A stretch of DNA of 61,798 bases, filler included, from Asterionella formosa (Eukaryota), in NCBI GenBank assembly GCA_002256025.1. It is 19 parts of 19 records of this genome, joined end to end, with 100 filler letters (N's around TTAATTAATTAA, not from the genome) between each part and the next. Parts side by side here need not be neighbours in the genome. Positions count along the whole stretch, not along the records: positions 58,646 to 61,798 come from NKIB01014428.1; 18 more parts are not named here. One strand, written 5' to 3'. The notes under the pieces were generated by a model, which made no database searches, was not told the origin of the DNA, and worked only from the letters and a program-made list of their open reading frames with translations. The translations under genes and the position numbers were made by a program. Within the stretch, counting starts at the first letter, position 1. Every line of letters starts with the position of its first letter. Positions 61,225-61,798 of this stretch are shown piece after piece.

Positions 61225-61798
61225 CTAAGCCGCATATTACGTGAAGTGACCATCACGTAAATAAGCCTAGTTGATTTTGAATGGATCACATGAATTAGTT
61301 GAATACATCAAAATGCTTACTTGAATATATCTATATATTATCTGAATGCATCACGTTCATTATTTGATCAGAGTATCATGCATGCATTCCTGATCATCAC
61401 TATATTACGTGATCACCTTCACATAATTATTTGAAATACTTCACATAATTATTTGAAATACTTCAATTAATTCTGTAATTAAGTTCACATTGCCTAAAAT
61501 TTTTGTTCACGTAATTCTATAATATGGTTCACGTAATTTATTAAATTTTTTTACGTATTATAAGAAGTACTATCAAATAATGTTGATTACTAATTCAACA
61601 ACCGGTATTTCACATTACATGGGAAACAAATCTCGATATGCAATCAAACGAAGCAGTTCTTTCAGAATGGAATCTTCAGTCTTGAGAAGGCAGGCATCAT
61701 GAGACATCTGTAAGGACATTGCAAGACAAGGAGAAGCCATTCATTCAGAAGGGGGAAATTATTCACTCTTGAACAGGCATCATTCTACGAAGTTGCAA

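Noticed and set aside
1..61798. Fanzor/TnpB, rRNA, intact tRNA, viral or prokaryotic defence genes
   Set aside because: No RuvC plus zinc-finger ORF, rRNA-like segment, complete cloverleaf or capsid/polymerase motif was recognised. Highly diverged cases cannot be excluded by eye.

Overview
This window is not one locus. It is 19 separate eukaryotic contigs of about 3.15-3.16 kb, roughly sorted by length and joined by artificial 100-nt spacers (N44-TTAATTAATTAA-N44), so adjacency across spacers has no biological meaning. The content points to a photosynthetic stramenopile, most likely a diatom (inference from a thylakoid-lumen-targeted protein and diatom-type Copia gag, Ty3 and Crypton elements). 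Host genes or fragments: malonyl-CoA decarboxylase, a trypsin-like protease, a DnaJ protein, a USP C-terminus, a lumen protein, an ankyrin-like large protein, and a near-identical allelic contig pair. Much of the rest is transposon-derived: Ty3 gag-pol, Copia LTR plus gag, several pogo/DDE_1 elements, mariner, Mutator-like and piggyBac-like remnants, two different tyrosine-recombinase (Crypton-like) elements, MITEs and a probable tRNA-derived SINE. The most interesting signals are: (1) two 84-bp LRR arrays with near-invariant frameworks and a 6-nt window that differs in all 10 repeats, one lying downstream of a ROCO-like C-terminal remnant, which is a candidate diversified receptor system; (2) pervasive TACC(A/T)GGTA / TACCGGTA palindrome arrays that look like accumulated transposon excision footprints, one of them polymorphic between the two alleles; (3) a Crypton-like recombinase fused to a PHD-like finger behind a nested palindromic end. 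All family assignments come from motif recognition, not database searches.
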